Shown here: positions 9,988 to 17,831 of the stretch, in pieces
Layout of the letters: every line of letters starts with the position of its first letter
Numbering within the stretch: position 1 is the stretch's first letter
Assembly: GCA_024691065.1 (NCBI GenBank)
Contig: JAILOA010000227.1
Span: 1 to 37,071 of the forward strand
From: Lachnospiraceae bacterium
GTDB lineage: Bacteria > Bacillota > Clostridia > Lachnospirales > Lachnospiraceae
Direction of reading: 5' to 3'
Length of the DNA stretch: 37,071 nt
Translations under genes and position numbers: made by a program
Notes under the pieces: generated by a model
Seen by the model: only the letters and a program-made list of their open reading frames with translations
Database searches by the model: none
Told to the model about the DNA's origin: nothing

Positions 9988-10024
9988 GCACAATTCAGTA
10001 ACCTTTTAGGGTACTGAATTGTGC
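9988..10024 (+). other. Perfect 13-bp inverted repeat (intra-operon stem-loop) without a U-tract
   Basis: GCACAATTCAGTA (9988-10000), an 11-nt loop, then TACTGAATTGTGC (10012-10024). It starts 13 nt after the stop of the 1680-aa gene and ends 23 nt before the next ATG. Confidence 0.6.
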
Positions 10025-10047
10025 TGTGTTGTAAAGGAATAATTGTT

Positions 10048-11421
10048 ATGAAGAATTTAATCGAAAACATTAAAAAAAATAAGCTTCCAATTATTATTGC
10101 ATTAGCTGTAATGGCCTTAATTATAACTATTTTATTGCTCACCGGCGGAAGTGGGGATAGCGGTAAAAAGGAAGAAGAGAAGGAAGCTAAAGTAGAGTAT
10201 ACTAATATTTTTGAAGATTCCGATTATCCTTCAAAGTATACGCTCGAAGGCTCTGATGTGGTAGTTTATGTAAATAATGAAAAAACACCTAACGATAATT
10301 GGATTATAGAAGTTGAAGATGAAGAATTTGTTGAAGTCACTGAAGAAAAAAGTGAAGGAACCGATTCTAAATTTATAATTCATACCAAAAAGCCGGGAAA
10401 AACAGATGTTACAATTACAAAGAGAACACATGTATCAGAGGTTGATTTTGAAATTGTAACCATAACTTTACCTGTATATATTTCCAGGGCTAATGATGTG
10501 CTTACTCCTGAGATTTTAAACAATTATTCTATTGTAGATTATGGTGGAGAAGTTGGCGGTGAAGATGCAAGTTCTCCATATGTACTTATAAATAATCCTT
10601 CCGGTACAGGAGAGATTGTATTTACTAAGGGTATAGGTAACTGGGATATCGATTCGGATTGGGAGGTTGTCAGAACCGGTAATTCCGGAATCGATGTTAA
10701 TAATATGTTCTATGTAGTATTTGAAGAGGGAGCAGAGGAGAAAGTCCAAAACGATATAAATATATACGGAAATTCATATTCTTCCGATGAAAATGATAAT
10801 AATGATGAGTCATCTTCAAATAGTAGTTCGAATTCGGATAGCTCTGACAGTTCGGATAGCTCTGACACCTCGGGTGATTCTACAAATGTTGCAGGAGATT
10901 ATAGTTTCGATGTAGATGGATTTGTAGATGAATATGAAAGTAATTACGGTGATGAAAATGGTACCGTAGAGGGTTCTTCGGAATCAGAACCTGAGGAGGA
11001 AGAGGCCATAGGAACAATTAATAATGAGTTGGAACTTGCCACTAATGGAAATTCCTCAAATGATTCTTCAAAGAAAGATAAAAAGAAAAACAAAAATAAG
11101 AAAAAAAATAAAAAGAAAAAAGATAAAACAGCTACAACGGAAAGTGAATCTACAACGGCATCTGCAGAGGATTATCCGGAATATAATTTCGGTGATAAAG
11201 AAGCAACAACTCCTTCGCCTGAACCTACCCAAAAAGCTTCCGAAAAGAAGGATAGTAGCGAGAAAAGCGATAAAACTTCGGAAATTATTACTTTGACAAA
11301 TTCTAAAAAGAATATTGTAGAGTATGTTAAGGCAAAGGTTACAAAGGACGGAAAAGTTATACTTACCAGGTATGAAAAGAAGTCAGATAAAAAAGATAAA
11401 TCCGAAAAGAAAGATAAGTAA
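10048..11421 (+). CDS. Bitopic membrane protein of unknown function (N-terminal signal-anchor, beta-rich ectodomain, S/D-rich and polybasic tracts)
   Basis: I moved the start to ATG 10048, which has an AAGGA RBS about 9 nt upstream; the GTG at 10021 lies inside the hairpin. TM segment is LPIIIALAVMALIITILLLTGG. Low-complexity tracts include SSSNSSSNSDSSDSSDSSD and KKDKKKNKNKKKNKKKKDK. Confidence 0.7.
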   Translation: MKNLIENIKKNKLPIIIALAVMALIITILLLTGGSGDSGKKEEEKEAKVEYTNIFEDSDYPSKYTLEGSDVVVYVNNEKTPNDNWIIEVEDEEFVEVTEEKSEGTDSKFIIHTKKPGKTDVTITKRTHVSEVDFEIVTITLPVYISRANDVLTPEILNNYSIVDYGGEVGGEDASSPYVLINNPSGTGEIVFTKGIGNWDIDSDWEVVRTGNSGIDVNNMFYVVFEEGAEEKVQNDINIYGNSYSSDENDNNDESSSNSSSNSDSSDSSDSSDTSGDSTNVAGDYSFDVDGFVDEYESNYGDENGTVEGSSESEPEEEEAIGTINNELELATNGNSSNDSSKKDKKKNKNKKKNKKKKDKTATTESESTTASAEDYPEYNFGDKEATTPSPEPTQKASEKKDSSEKSDKTSEIITLTNSKKNIVEYVKAKVTKDGKVILTRYEKKSDKKDKSEKKDK

Positions 11422-11453
11422 TAGTTCTTCGGTTAATGTTAAGAGGTGATTAA

Positions 11454-12374
11454 GTGTTAACAAAGGAAAGTAAAAATAATCCGATTTTAATGGAAGCCAG
11501 AGAGTTTTTACTGGGACATTACAGGGTTGAAGAGGATGGTAGCCTTACAGCTATTTCAGCAATGGAATCCAGAATTAACGGACCTATTGACGGATCACAA
11601 AAGATAATAACTCTTGGTATATCTCATCAAAGTTATAATTATAATTTCGGAGTTGACAATAAAAAAGCCCTGAAAAAAGCCAGGGGTGTAATGAAAAATA
11701 TAGGTAGACCTCTTAACGATTTCGGAGACGGTGATATGGCTGCCTGTATGATAAAAACATATGTTTTTTATCCTACTGTTGCCGTATTTCGCATAAATGA
11801 TAATGATGTTCCTGAGTTGTCTGTTTTTACTGCGAGAGCTACATTTGCTTTTGTTGCTATTTTAATAGCAGTCCGAAAGTTTGAAAATGCTTTTGATGTG
11901 GACTTTGATAAGGAAACAGTTAAGAAAAAAAGTTTTTTTGAAAAAAGGAGAGAAAGAAAAGAAGAGAAAGCAAGAAAAAAAGCAGAAAAAAAAGAGGCTA
12001 AAAAGGAAGTTAAAGATTTATCCGGCAGTAATAAGAAAAGTAAAGGTGGTATAAAAAATTTATTTTCATCCAATAATCCGGATGAGGATGATGAAGATTC
12101 ATACGATATGATAATGGGAGAATATATTAAAGATATTGATGAATCGGATTTTGATACGGATGATTATATCGGTAAAGAACTTGATAACAATATGGTTTGG
12201 AACGGAGAAGATTGGGTTCCTAAGGAACAATATAAGAAAAAAGATGAAAAGATGGTTTGGGACGGGAGGAAAATGGTTCCAATCAGTGAATATAACCCTG
12301 AAAATGAAGATGAAGTATGGGACGGAGAAAAATGGGTTCTAAAAGAATCAGTTGAGAGCGATGAAGACCGGTAA
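11454..12374 (+). CDS. Unknown protein with one hydrophobic segment, a K/E-rich linker and three C-terminal VW(N/D)Gxx(W/M)VP mini-repeats
   Basis: GTG start lies 7 nt after an AAGAGG RBS. Hydrophobic stretch is ATFAFVAILIAV. The repeats are MVWNGEDWVPKEQY, MVWDGRKMVPISEY and EVWDGEKWVLKESV. I recognise no family. Confidence 0.6.
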   Translation: MLTKESKNNPILMEAREFLLGHYRVEEDGSLTAISAMESRINGPIDGSQKIITLGISHQSYNYNFGVDNKKALKKARGVMKNIGRPLNDFGDGDMAACMIKTYVFYPTVAVFRINDNDVPELSVFTARATFAFVAILIAVRKFENAFDVDFDKETVKKKSFFEKRRERKEEKARKKAEKKEAKKEVKDLSGSNKKSKGGIKNLFSSNNPDEDDEDSYDMIMGEYIKDIDESDFDTDDYIGKELDNNMVWNGEDWVPKEQYKKKDEKMVWDGRKMVPISEYNPENEDEVWDGEKWVLKESVESDEDR

Positions 12375-12411
12375 TAATTTCATTTATAGTTAAAGCTCAT
12401 GGAGGAATTAT

Positions 12412-12849
12412 ATGGAGGATGAAAACAAGCTGGTAGTTGATGCGACGGAAGAAGCTTTGGATGATGTCGAAAAGTATATAGAAGATAAGCTTGATGCGGC
12501 CGGTTGCACCAACAAACAAAAGATTCAAATCAGGCTTGCCATAGAAGAAATATTTGTAAATATTGCGATGTATGCATATAGTCCCGGAATGGGTAAAGCT
12601 GAGGTTATTTGCGAGATACTTGATGAAGAGCCTATTGCTGTTATGATTAAATTTATTGACAGTGGTAAGCAATTCAATCCGTTGGAAAAAGAGGATGCGG
12701 ATACATCCGGTAAGATGTTTATCGAGAGAGAGGGAGGCTTTGGAATTCATCTTGTCAAAAATATTATGGATGTTGTAGAATATGAATATATCGAAGGAAA
12801 GAATGTATTAACTGTAAAAAAGGATTTAAATATAAAAAAGGTCAGTTGA
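12412..12849 (+). CDS. Anti-sigma regulatory factor-type Ser kinase (RsbW/SpoIIAB-like, GHKL HATPase_c_2)
   Basis: GGAGGA RBS. N-box AIEEIFVNIAMYAY, G1-like FIDSGKQFNP and G2-like GGFGIHLVKNIMD. Size is 145 aa, typical of the family. Confidence 0.85.
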   Translation: MEDENKLVVDATEEALDDVEKYIEDKLDAAGCTNKQKIQIRLAIEEIFVNIAMYAYSPGMGKAEVICEILDEEPIAVMIKFIDSGKQFNPLEKEDADTSGKMFIEREGGFGIHLVKNIMDVVEYEYIEGKNVLTVKKDLNIKKVS

Positions 12850-14486
12850 CTATGGGGGTAAGGAATTTGGATGAGCAAATAGATATGGGTCAAACCAAAA
12901 AAAAGAAAAGTATCCAGTCAAGGTTCACCAGAGGAATGTTCATCATGGGGATATTGACAGTATTAATCACGAGTGTAAATGTTGGTGTTTTGTTATACAG
13001 AGATAAAATGAATTCATATTCCAGAATGGCATACGGTTATACCCGTTCAATAGCCGAATATATTGATGGGGATACTATAGCAACCTACATGGATACTAAA
13101 GTTAAAGATAGTTATTATATGGAAGTTGATAAATTCCTGGATGCTGTTCAGACTAAAAGTGATATAGAATATTTCTATATAATTATTCCTGACGGAGAGA
13201 ATTATATATATGTATGGGACTCCGTTAATGAACATTTAAAATCAAATATAGGTTATGTGGAGCATTTCAGTAAAAAAGAGGCGGAACATGTTCAAAAAAT
13301 AATGAATGGTACTTATTCCGAAAAACTTTATATTACCAACGATTCTATGTATGGTCACCTAGGAACTGCCTATTCACCTATATATGACAGTAATGATGAG
13401 ATAGTAGCCATAGTTGCCGCAGATGTTGATATGTCAATGGTCTCGGTGATTGTTGCATTGTTTATATTATTTGTGGCTATATGTATAGCGATTGTTCTTA
13501 CTATAACCATTGTTATATATTATTTTGTTACAAAATCAACAATTATAGTACCTATCAGTAAACTTAACAGAATAACATCTACAATGGTAAAAAACATTGA
13601 CAGCAACGAAGAAATAGAGTTGGATATACATACAGGTGATGAAATAGAAGAGCTGGCCGAGTCTTATAAGAAAATGTATTACGAGATGAGGGAATACATT
13701 GATGAAAATACTAAGATAACGGCAGAGCGTGAAAAAGTCGATTCGGAGCTTCAAATAGCGAGAACCATTCAAAATGGTATGTTGCCTAAGCTTTTTCCGG
13801 ATTATGTGGATTCGGATTATTATGATATGTTTGCTTCTATGGATCCCGCAAGAGAGGTTGGAGGAGATTTTTATGACTTTTTCATGGTAGATGAGAATCA
13901 TCTTGCATTACTTATTGCGGATGTTTCCGATAAAGGAATAGGTGCTGCTCTCTTTATGTCTATTTCCAAGGCACTTATAAAGATGAGGATGGAGATGACA
14001 AAATCTCCTTTAGAAACCATTACTTATGTAGATAAGAAAATCTCGGAAAATAATGAAATAGGTATGTTTGTTACTGTTTGGCTCGGGGTTGTAAATTTAG
14101 AAACAGGTCATGTTGTTGCATGCAATGCAGGACATGATTATCCGGCTATTATGCATCAAGGTGAGGATTTTAAGGTGGAGAAGACACCACATGGTCCTGC
14201 AGTTGCATTTTTACCGGGGATGACATTTAATGATATAGAATTTGACCTTAAAGTGGGAGATAGGATTTTTCTTTATACCGATGGCCTGGTTGAGGCTAAG
14301 GATACAGGCGGAAAGCGTTTCGGAATTGAAAAAATGCTTGATATACTAAACAATAATAAAGACGAGAAAAATGAAGATCTTTTGAATATTATGAAGAAGG
14401 AAGTAGAAACATTTTCAAAGGGAGAAAATCAATTTGACGATATGACAATGCTTGGATTTACATTTTACGGAAAAAAAGTAAATTAA
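12846..14486 (+). CDS. Membrane sensor PP2C phosphatase (TM - ~145-aa extracytoplasmic Cache-like domain - TM - HAMP - SpoIIE/RsbU-type PP2C)
   Basis: It overlaps the kinase stop by 4 nt (TTG 12846; alternative ATG 12852). TM1 is GILTVLITSVNVGVLLY and TM2 is VIVALFILFVAICIAIVLTITIVIYYFV. PP2C motifs are GGDFYDFF, LLIADVSDKGIGAALFMS, YTDGLVEA and FDDMTMLGF. Confidence 0.85.
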   Translation: MTMGVRNLDEQIDMGQTKKKKSIQSRFTRGMFIMGILTVLITSVNVGVLLYRDKMNSYSRMAYGYTRSIAEYIDGDTIATYMDTKVKDSYYMEVDKFLDAVQTKSDIEYFYIIIPDGENYIYVWDSVNEHLKSNIGYVEHFSKKEAEHVQKIMNGTYSEKLYITNDSMYGHLGTAYSPIYDSNDEIVAIVAADVDMSMVSVIVALFILFVAICIAIVLTITIVIYYFVTKSTIIVPISKLNRITSTMVKNIDSNEEIELDIHTGDEIEELAESYKKMYYEMREYIDENTKITAEREKVDSELQIARTIQNGMLPKLFPDYVDSDYYDMFASMDPAREVGGDFYDFFMVDENHLALLIADVSDKGIGAALFMSISKALIKMRMEMTKSPLETITYVDKKISENNEIGMFVTVWLGVVNLETGHVVACNAGHDYPAIMHQGEDFKVEKTPHGPAVAFLPGMTFNDIEFDLKVGDRIFLYTDGLVEAKDTGGKRFGIEKMLDILNNNKDEKNEDLLNIMKKEVETFSKGENQFDDMTMLGFTFYGKKVN

Positions 14487-14498
14487 AAAAATTATTTT

Positions 14499-14527
14499 TG
14501 TAACTCATTTGTAACGCATTGTATGGT
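14499..14527 (+). promoter_or_regulatory. Site A: tandem TGTAAC direct repeat (11-bp period) overlapping a candidate promoter of the 531-aa gene
   Basis: TGTAACTCATT TGTAACGCATT occupies 14499-14520. Candidate promoter is TTGTAA (14498-14503), an 18-nt spacer, then TATGGT (14522-14527). The ATG is 73 nt downstream of the -10-like hexamer. Confidence 0.5.
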
Positions 14528-14599
14528 AGACTTGTGAAAAAAGATGGATGAAAAGGAGTTCATCTTAATTGATAACTATTTGAAAGAGAGGTAAAAGTT

Positions 14600-16195
14600 A
14601 TGAATAATAACGATCAGAATCAAATTGATAATATTAATAATTTAAATTATGGACAGAATAATTATAACTTCGACGATAATAATAGTATTGTAGATGTTGA
14701 TGCAAATAATATTGATGATTCTATTTTAGATGGTGAAGAAAATGAGATGAACCAGAACCAGATGGATCCGAATATGATGTATCAGAATCAGATGGATCCG
14801 AATATGATGTATCAGAACCAGATGGATCCGAATATGCAGATGAATCAGAATCAGATGGATCCGAATATGATGCAGCAGAATATGCAGATGGATCAGAATC
14901 AGATGGATCCGAATATGATGCAGCAGAATATGCAGATGGGTGAGAACCAGATGAATCAGAATCAGATGGATCCGAATATGATGCAGATGAATATGCAAAA
15001 TCAGAATCAGATGCAGCAGAATCTGCAGGTTGAAGAAGAGAAGAAGAGAAGAGAAAAGGAAGAAGAAGAAGAAAAGAGAAAGGCTTTCATTGCTCAGGAA
15101 GCAAAGATTCAGAGGGAGAAGGAAGATATTGCTATGAAACAGCAGCAATTCGAATTCGAAAAGAATGCCTTTGAACAAATGAAGGAAGAACAACAGGAAA
15201 GGATGGCTAATGGTCAGGGTAATGGTCAGAATAAACCGGAAGATCCTAATGAAATAAAGCCTACTAAGCGTGTTCGTACAAAATTAGAAGATAGATTGAT
15301 TCGTCAGGCGGAATTTACATACTATAAGAGAACACATAGGGTTCCGAAGGGCGGAAATGAAGCATATAAGAATTTACAAAAGGATCTCGCCGCTTTAGAG
15401 GATTATATGGAGGAAATCGAAGGAAGAACCAATCTTACACAGGAAGAAATGGATAAGTATGATAAACTCTCTTTGCAGGTTTATGATGCATCAAGAAAAT
15501 ACCTTCAAGAAAAGAATGAGGAATATGGTCTAGAGGCTTCTGCAGGTGAAAGAGCAGCAATGAATGCCAAGAAACCTGACAAGGAAGAAAGCGCCAGAAT
15601 AGACTTTGTAAAAGATTTAGCCGCAAGTGTACATCTTATGCGTAAGGAAATGTTTGAGGATCAGCTAAAGGAAAAGGTAGAAAGTCTTAATGCATTGGCA
15701 AGTGAAGGTGTTGCAGCAAGTCAGAGAGACAGAGATGCACTTTTGGGTGCTGATTTATCCGATAATGATAAGAGAGTTCAGCTTGAAGATACAGTTGTTC
15801 GTTCATTGTTTTATGATGCAAGAATCGGTCAGGCCGCTTCTAAGAACGAACTTGAGCTTAAAGAGGGAGAAAGCTTTGATAAAGCATTGATTCGCCTGGA
15901 TTCCTTACTTGATCCAAAGCCTGTAGAATTGGATGGTATCCGTAATGATCCTCTTACTCAGACAATAGTAGACAAGGGTGTTCAGATGAATGAATCCGGA
16001 TTATCCATGACAGTTGATGATATTAATCATGAGAAGAATGTGATCCTGGTTCAAAAGGGAAGAGAAATTGAGCATGAGCGTAACAGACAGAATAATATGG
16101 CTAAGCATGAGCCTGCACGTCAGAATAATCTCGAGAGACAGCTTGAGGGACCTCAGCCAAATAATATCAGCACAGTTCATGCACCCGGTTTCTAA
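14600..16195 (+). CDS. Leaderless 531-aa protein: N/Q/M-rich repeat head (NQMDPNMM units), K/E coiled coil, helical C-terminal domain; unknown function
   Basis: AGAGG RBS. No signal peptide or TM segment. The repeat region spans aa 50-143. I recognise no family. Confidence 0.75.
   Translation: MNNNDQNQIDNINNLNYGQNNYNFDDNNSIVDVDANNIDDSILDGEENEMNQNQMDPNMMYQNQMDPNMMYQNQMDPNMQMNQNQMDPNMMQQNMQMDQNQMDPNMMQQNMQMGENQMNQNQMDPNMMQMNMQNQNQMQQNLQVEEEKKRREKEEEEEKRKAFIAQEAKIQREKEDIAMKQQQFEFEKNAFEQMKEEQQERMANGQGNGQNKPEDPNEIKPTKRVRTKLEDRLIRQAEFTYYKRTHRVPKGGNEAYKNLQKDLAALEDYMEEIEGRTNLTQEEMDKYDKLSLQVYDASRKYLQEKNEEYGLEASAGERAAMNAKKPDKEESARIDFVKDLAASVHLMRKEMFEDQLKEKVESLNALASEGVAASQRDRDALLGADLSDNDKRVQLEDTVVRSLFYDARIGQAASKNELELKEGESFDKALIRLDSLLDPKPVELDGIRNDPLTQTIVDKGVQMNESGLSMTVDDINHEKNVILVQKGREIEHERNRQNNMAKHEPARQNNLERQLEGPQPNNISTVHAPGF
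14747..15028 (+). repeat. In-frame tandem DNA repeats encoding (M/Y)QNQMDPNMM units
   Basis: The core CAGATGGATCCGAATATG occurs six times at intervals of 30-51 nt (30-nt and longer repeat units). Confidence 0.9.
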
Positions 16196-16483
16196 TAAAT
16201 TAAGTAAATAAGATGATATATATACTGCCCAGCTTGTCCAGGTCTTTATATAAGGCTTGGTAGCGGATTTAAGGTCCGGATAAAAGATATATTCCAAAAT
16301 ACACCGAATCCGCGTGTTACCAAGTATGGGCAATATATTTATATATGTGAAATATTTGTTAAGTATTAAAATAAGCTTGAAGAAATATGAATATGTATGA
16401 TAATATAGGCTTGAGAAGCCTTTTATGGGAGTTTCGGGATACAGTTAGTAAATGTAAAATATTAAAAGAAGGAGGTGGCTTTA

Positions 16484-17797
16484 ATGCGCAAGGATTTAAA
16501 AGATAAGCTTGTAAAGGCAGGTAAGGTAATTATTTGTGTTTCAGGTCTGGTCTTATTTGTTTATCCGCCGGAAGGGTTTTCCATGCCGGAAAAAACCGAA
16601 ACAGTTAAGGTTATAGAAACGCCTAAGCCAACTCCGGCTTATAGGATATATCCTAAATATGCACCTACAGTACCTGTTGAACAGGTTGTTAATATTGAAG
16701 AGGAAGTAGAGGAAGTAACCGAAGAAGTGGATTTGGACATTGCATTTTCTACTTCGGAAGAAGGAATAAAAATTTATAAGGAACCTGAAAAGTCAAAGGA
16801 TTATCTTGGTAAGCTATATAAAGGAAATGTAGCTAGTATACTCAGCGTAAACGATGGTTGGGTCAAGATAAAGTCCGGTGATATAAAAGGATATGTAAAG
16901 GGAGATAATCTCTTAATGGGAGAGACAGCCCTTGGATATGCTGATTATTTCGGTACCTATTATGCGAATATTGTAAAAGATAATGATTGTAAATTAAAGG
17001 TTTTCAAGCAAGCCTCCAGAGATTCCAAGATAATAGACAGGGTTGCTACCGATAAACAATATAAAATTCTCGGAAATGCCGGTGAATGGGTACAGGTTCA
17101 GATAGATGATTCGGAAGTCGGTTATGTAAATGCTGATTTTGTAATTCCTGAGCTTGTATTTACCGAAGCGATTTCAAAAGAAGAAGAAAAGGAAATAATA
17201 AAAGAGCAGGAAAAACTTGAGAAAGAGTATAAGAAGCAATATGCTGAAGATCTTGGATTGAATGCTGATATAAGTGAATTTGTTTCAAGAAATGAGAGTA
17301 GGAATTTCCCTACTACTCCGGAGGAAACATATCCGACACAGACATCGACCGAGACAGCTAATGTTTATGCTACTTCCAACAATAATGAGCTTCCGCCTGT
17401 AACGGCTTATTCGGGCGATGTCAGTGGTGGTTCGGCACTTCAACAGGAAATTGCATCTTATGCATTACAATTTGTCGGTAATCCTTATGTTTGGGGTGGC
17501 GAGAGTCTTACAAACGGTTGTGACTGTTCAGGTTTTGTTATGAAGATATATGAGAAATATGGAGTTAAACTTCCGCATTTTGCTGCATCTCAGGCAAATT
17601 ACGGAAAGAAGGTTTCATTGGATGCCTTGGAGCCCGGAGATCTCGTATTCTATTGGCACGGTAATATGATTGGACATGTTGCTATGTATATAGGTAACGG
17701 AAATATCGTACATGCTAAATCCACAAAGGATGGCATCGTTACTAACAGTGTTAATTACAGCACTCCATACAGTGCAGTAAGACTTGTAAATAAGTAA
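16484..17797 (+). CDS. Cell-wall hydrolase: signal-anchor + two SH3b domains + C-terminal NlpC/P60 endopeptidase
   Basis: I moved the start to ATG 16484, 8 nt after GGAGG. SH3b-like segments are GKLYKGNVASILSVNDGWVKIKSGDIKGYV and YKILGNAGEWVQVQIDDSEVGYV. The NlpC/P60 core is GNPYVWGGESLTNGCDCSGFV ... GHVAMYIGNGNIVHA. Confidence 0.9.
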   Translation: MRKDLKDKLVKAGKVIICVSGLVLFVYPPEGFSMPEKTETVKVIETPKPTPAYRIYPKYAPTVPVEQVVNIEEEVEEVTEEVDLDIAFSTSEEGIKIYKEPEKSKDYLGKLYKGNVASILSVNDGWVKIKSGDIKGYVKGDNLLMGETALGYADYFGTYYANIVKDNDCKLKVFKQASRDSKIIDRVATDKQYKILGNAGEWVQVQIDDSEVGYVNADFVIPELVFTEAISKEEEKEIIKEQEKLEKEYKKQYAEDLGLNADISEFVSRNESRNFPTTPEETYPTQTSTETANVYATSNNNELPPVTAYSGDVSGGSALQQEIASYALQFVGNPYVWGGESLTNGCDCSGFVMKIYEKYGVKLPHFAASQANYGKKVSLDALEPGDLVFYWHGNMIGHVAMYIGNGNIVHAKSTKDGIVTNSVNYSTPYSAVRLVNK

Positions 17798-17831
17798 ATA
17801 GGTTCTTACATTTAAGTTAATGGAGGATAAA

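Noticed and set aside
4542-14486. Interpretation as the sporulation spoIIAA-spoIIAB-sigF operon plus spoIIE
   Set aside because: No sigma gene follows the kinase, and the STAS and kinase genes are 7.5 kb apart. The phosphatase has two TM helices, an extracytoplasmic domain and HAMP, rather than the 10-TM SpoIIE architecture.
14499-14527. Reading the TGTAAC hexamers as SigX-type ECF promoters
   Set aside because: TGTAAC matches the remembered ECF -35 hexamer. However, no CGxC-type -10 lies 16-17 nt downstream of any of the hexamers at sites A, B or C. The tandem 11-bp arrangement fits an activator or repressor site better.
14726-15193. 155-aa minus-strand ORF opposite the NQMDPNMM repeats
   Set aside because: It is an antisense repeat artefact (periodic HLILIH peptide) with no RBS.
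16001-16333. 110-aa minus-strand ORF spanning the end of the 531-aa gene and the intergenic hairpin; similar antisense ORFs lie at 567-833, 6015-6308, 12397-12750, 13536-13901, 19950-20735 and 31028-31252
   Set aside because: All are antisense to strongly supported genes or cross intergenic structure. They lack an RBS and encode low-complexity or hydrophobic nonsense typical of AT-rich antisense frames.
16196-16483. c-di-AMP (ydaO-type) riboswitch upstream of the NlpC/P60 gene
   Set aside because: The region is AT-rich and lacks the G/C-rich pseudo-symmetric conserved cores I associate with that class. Only generic hairpins are present.
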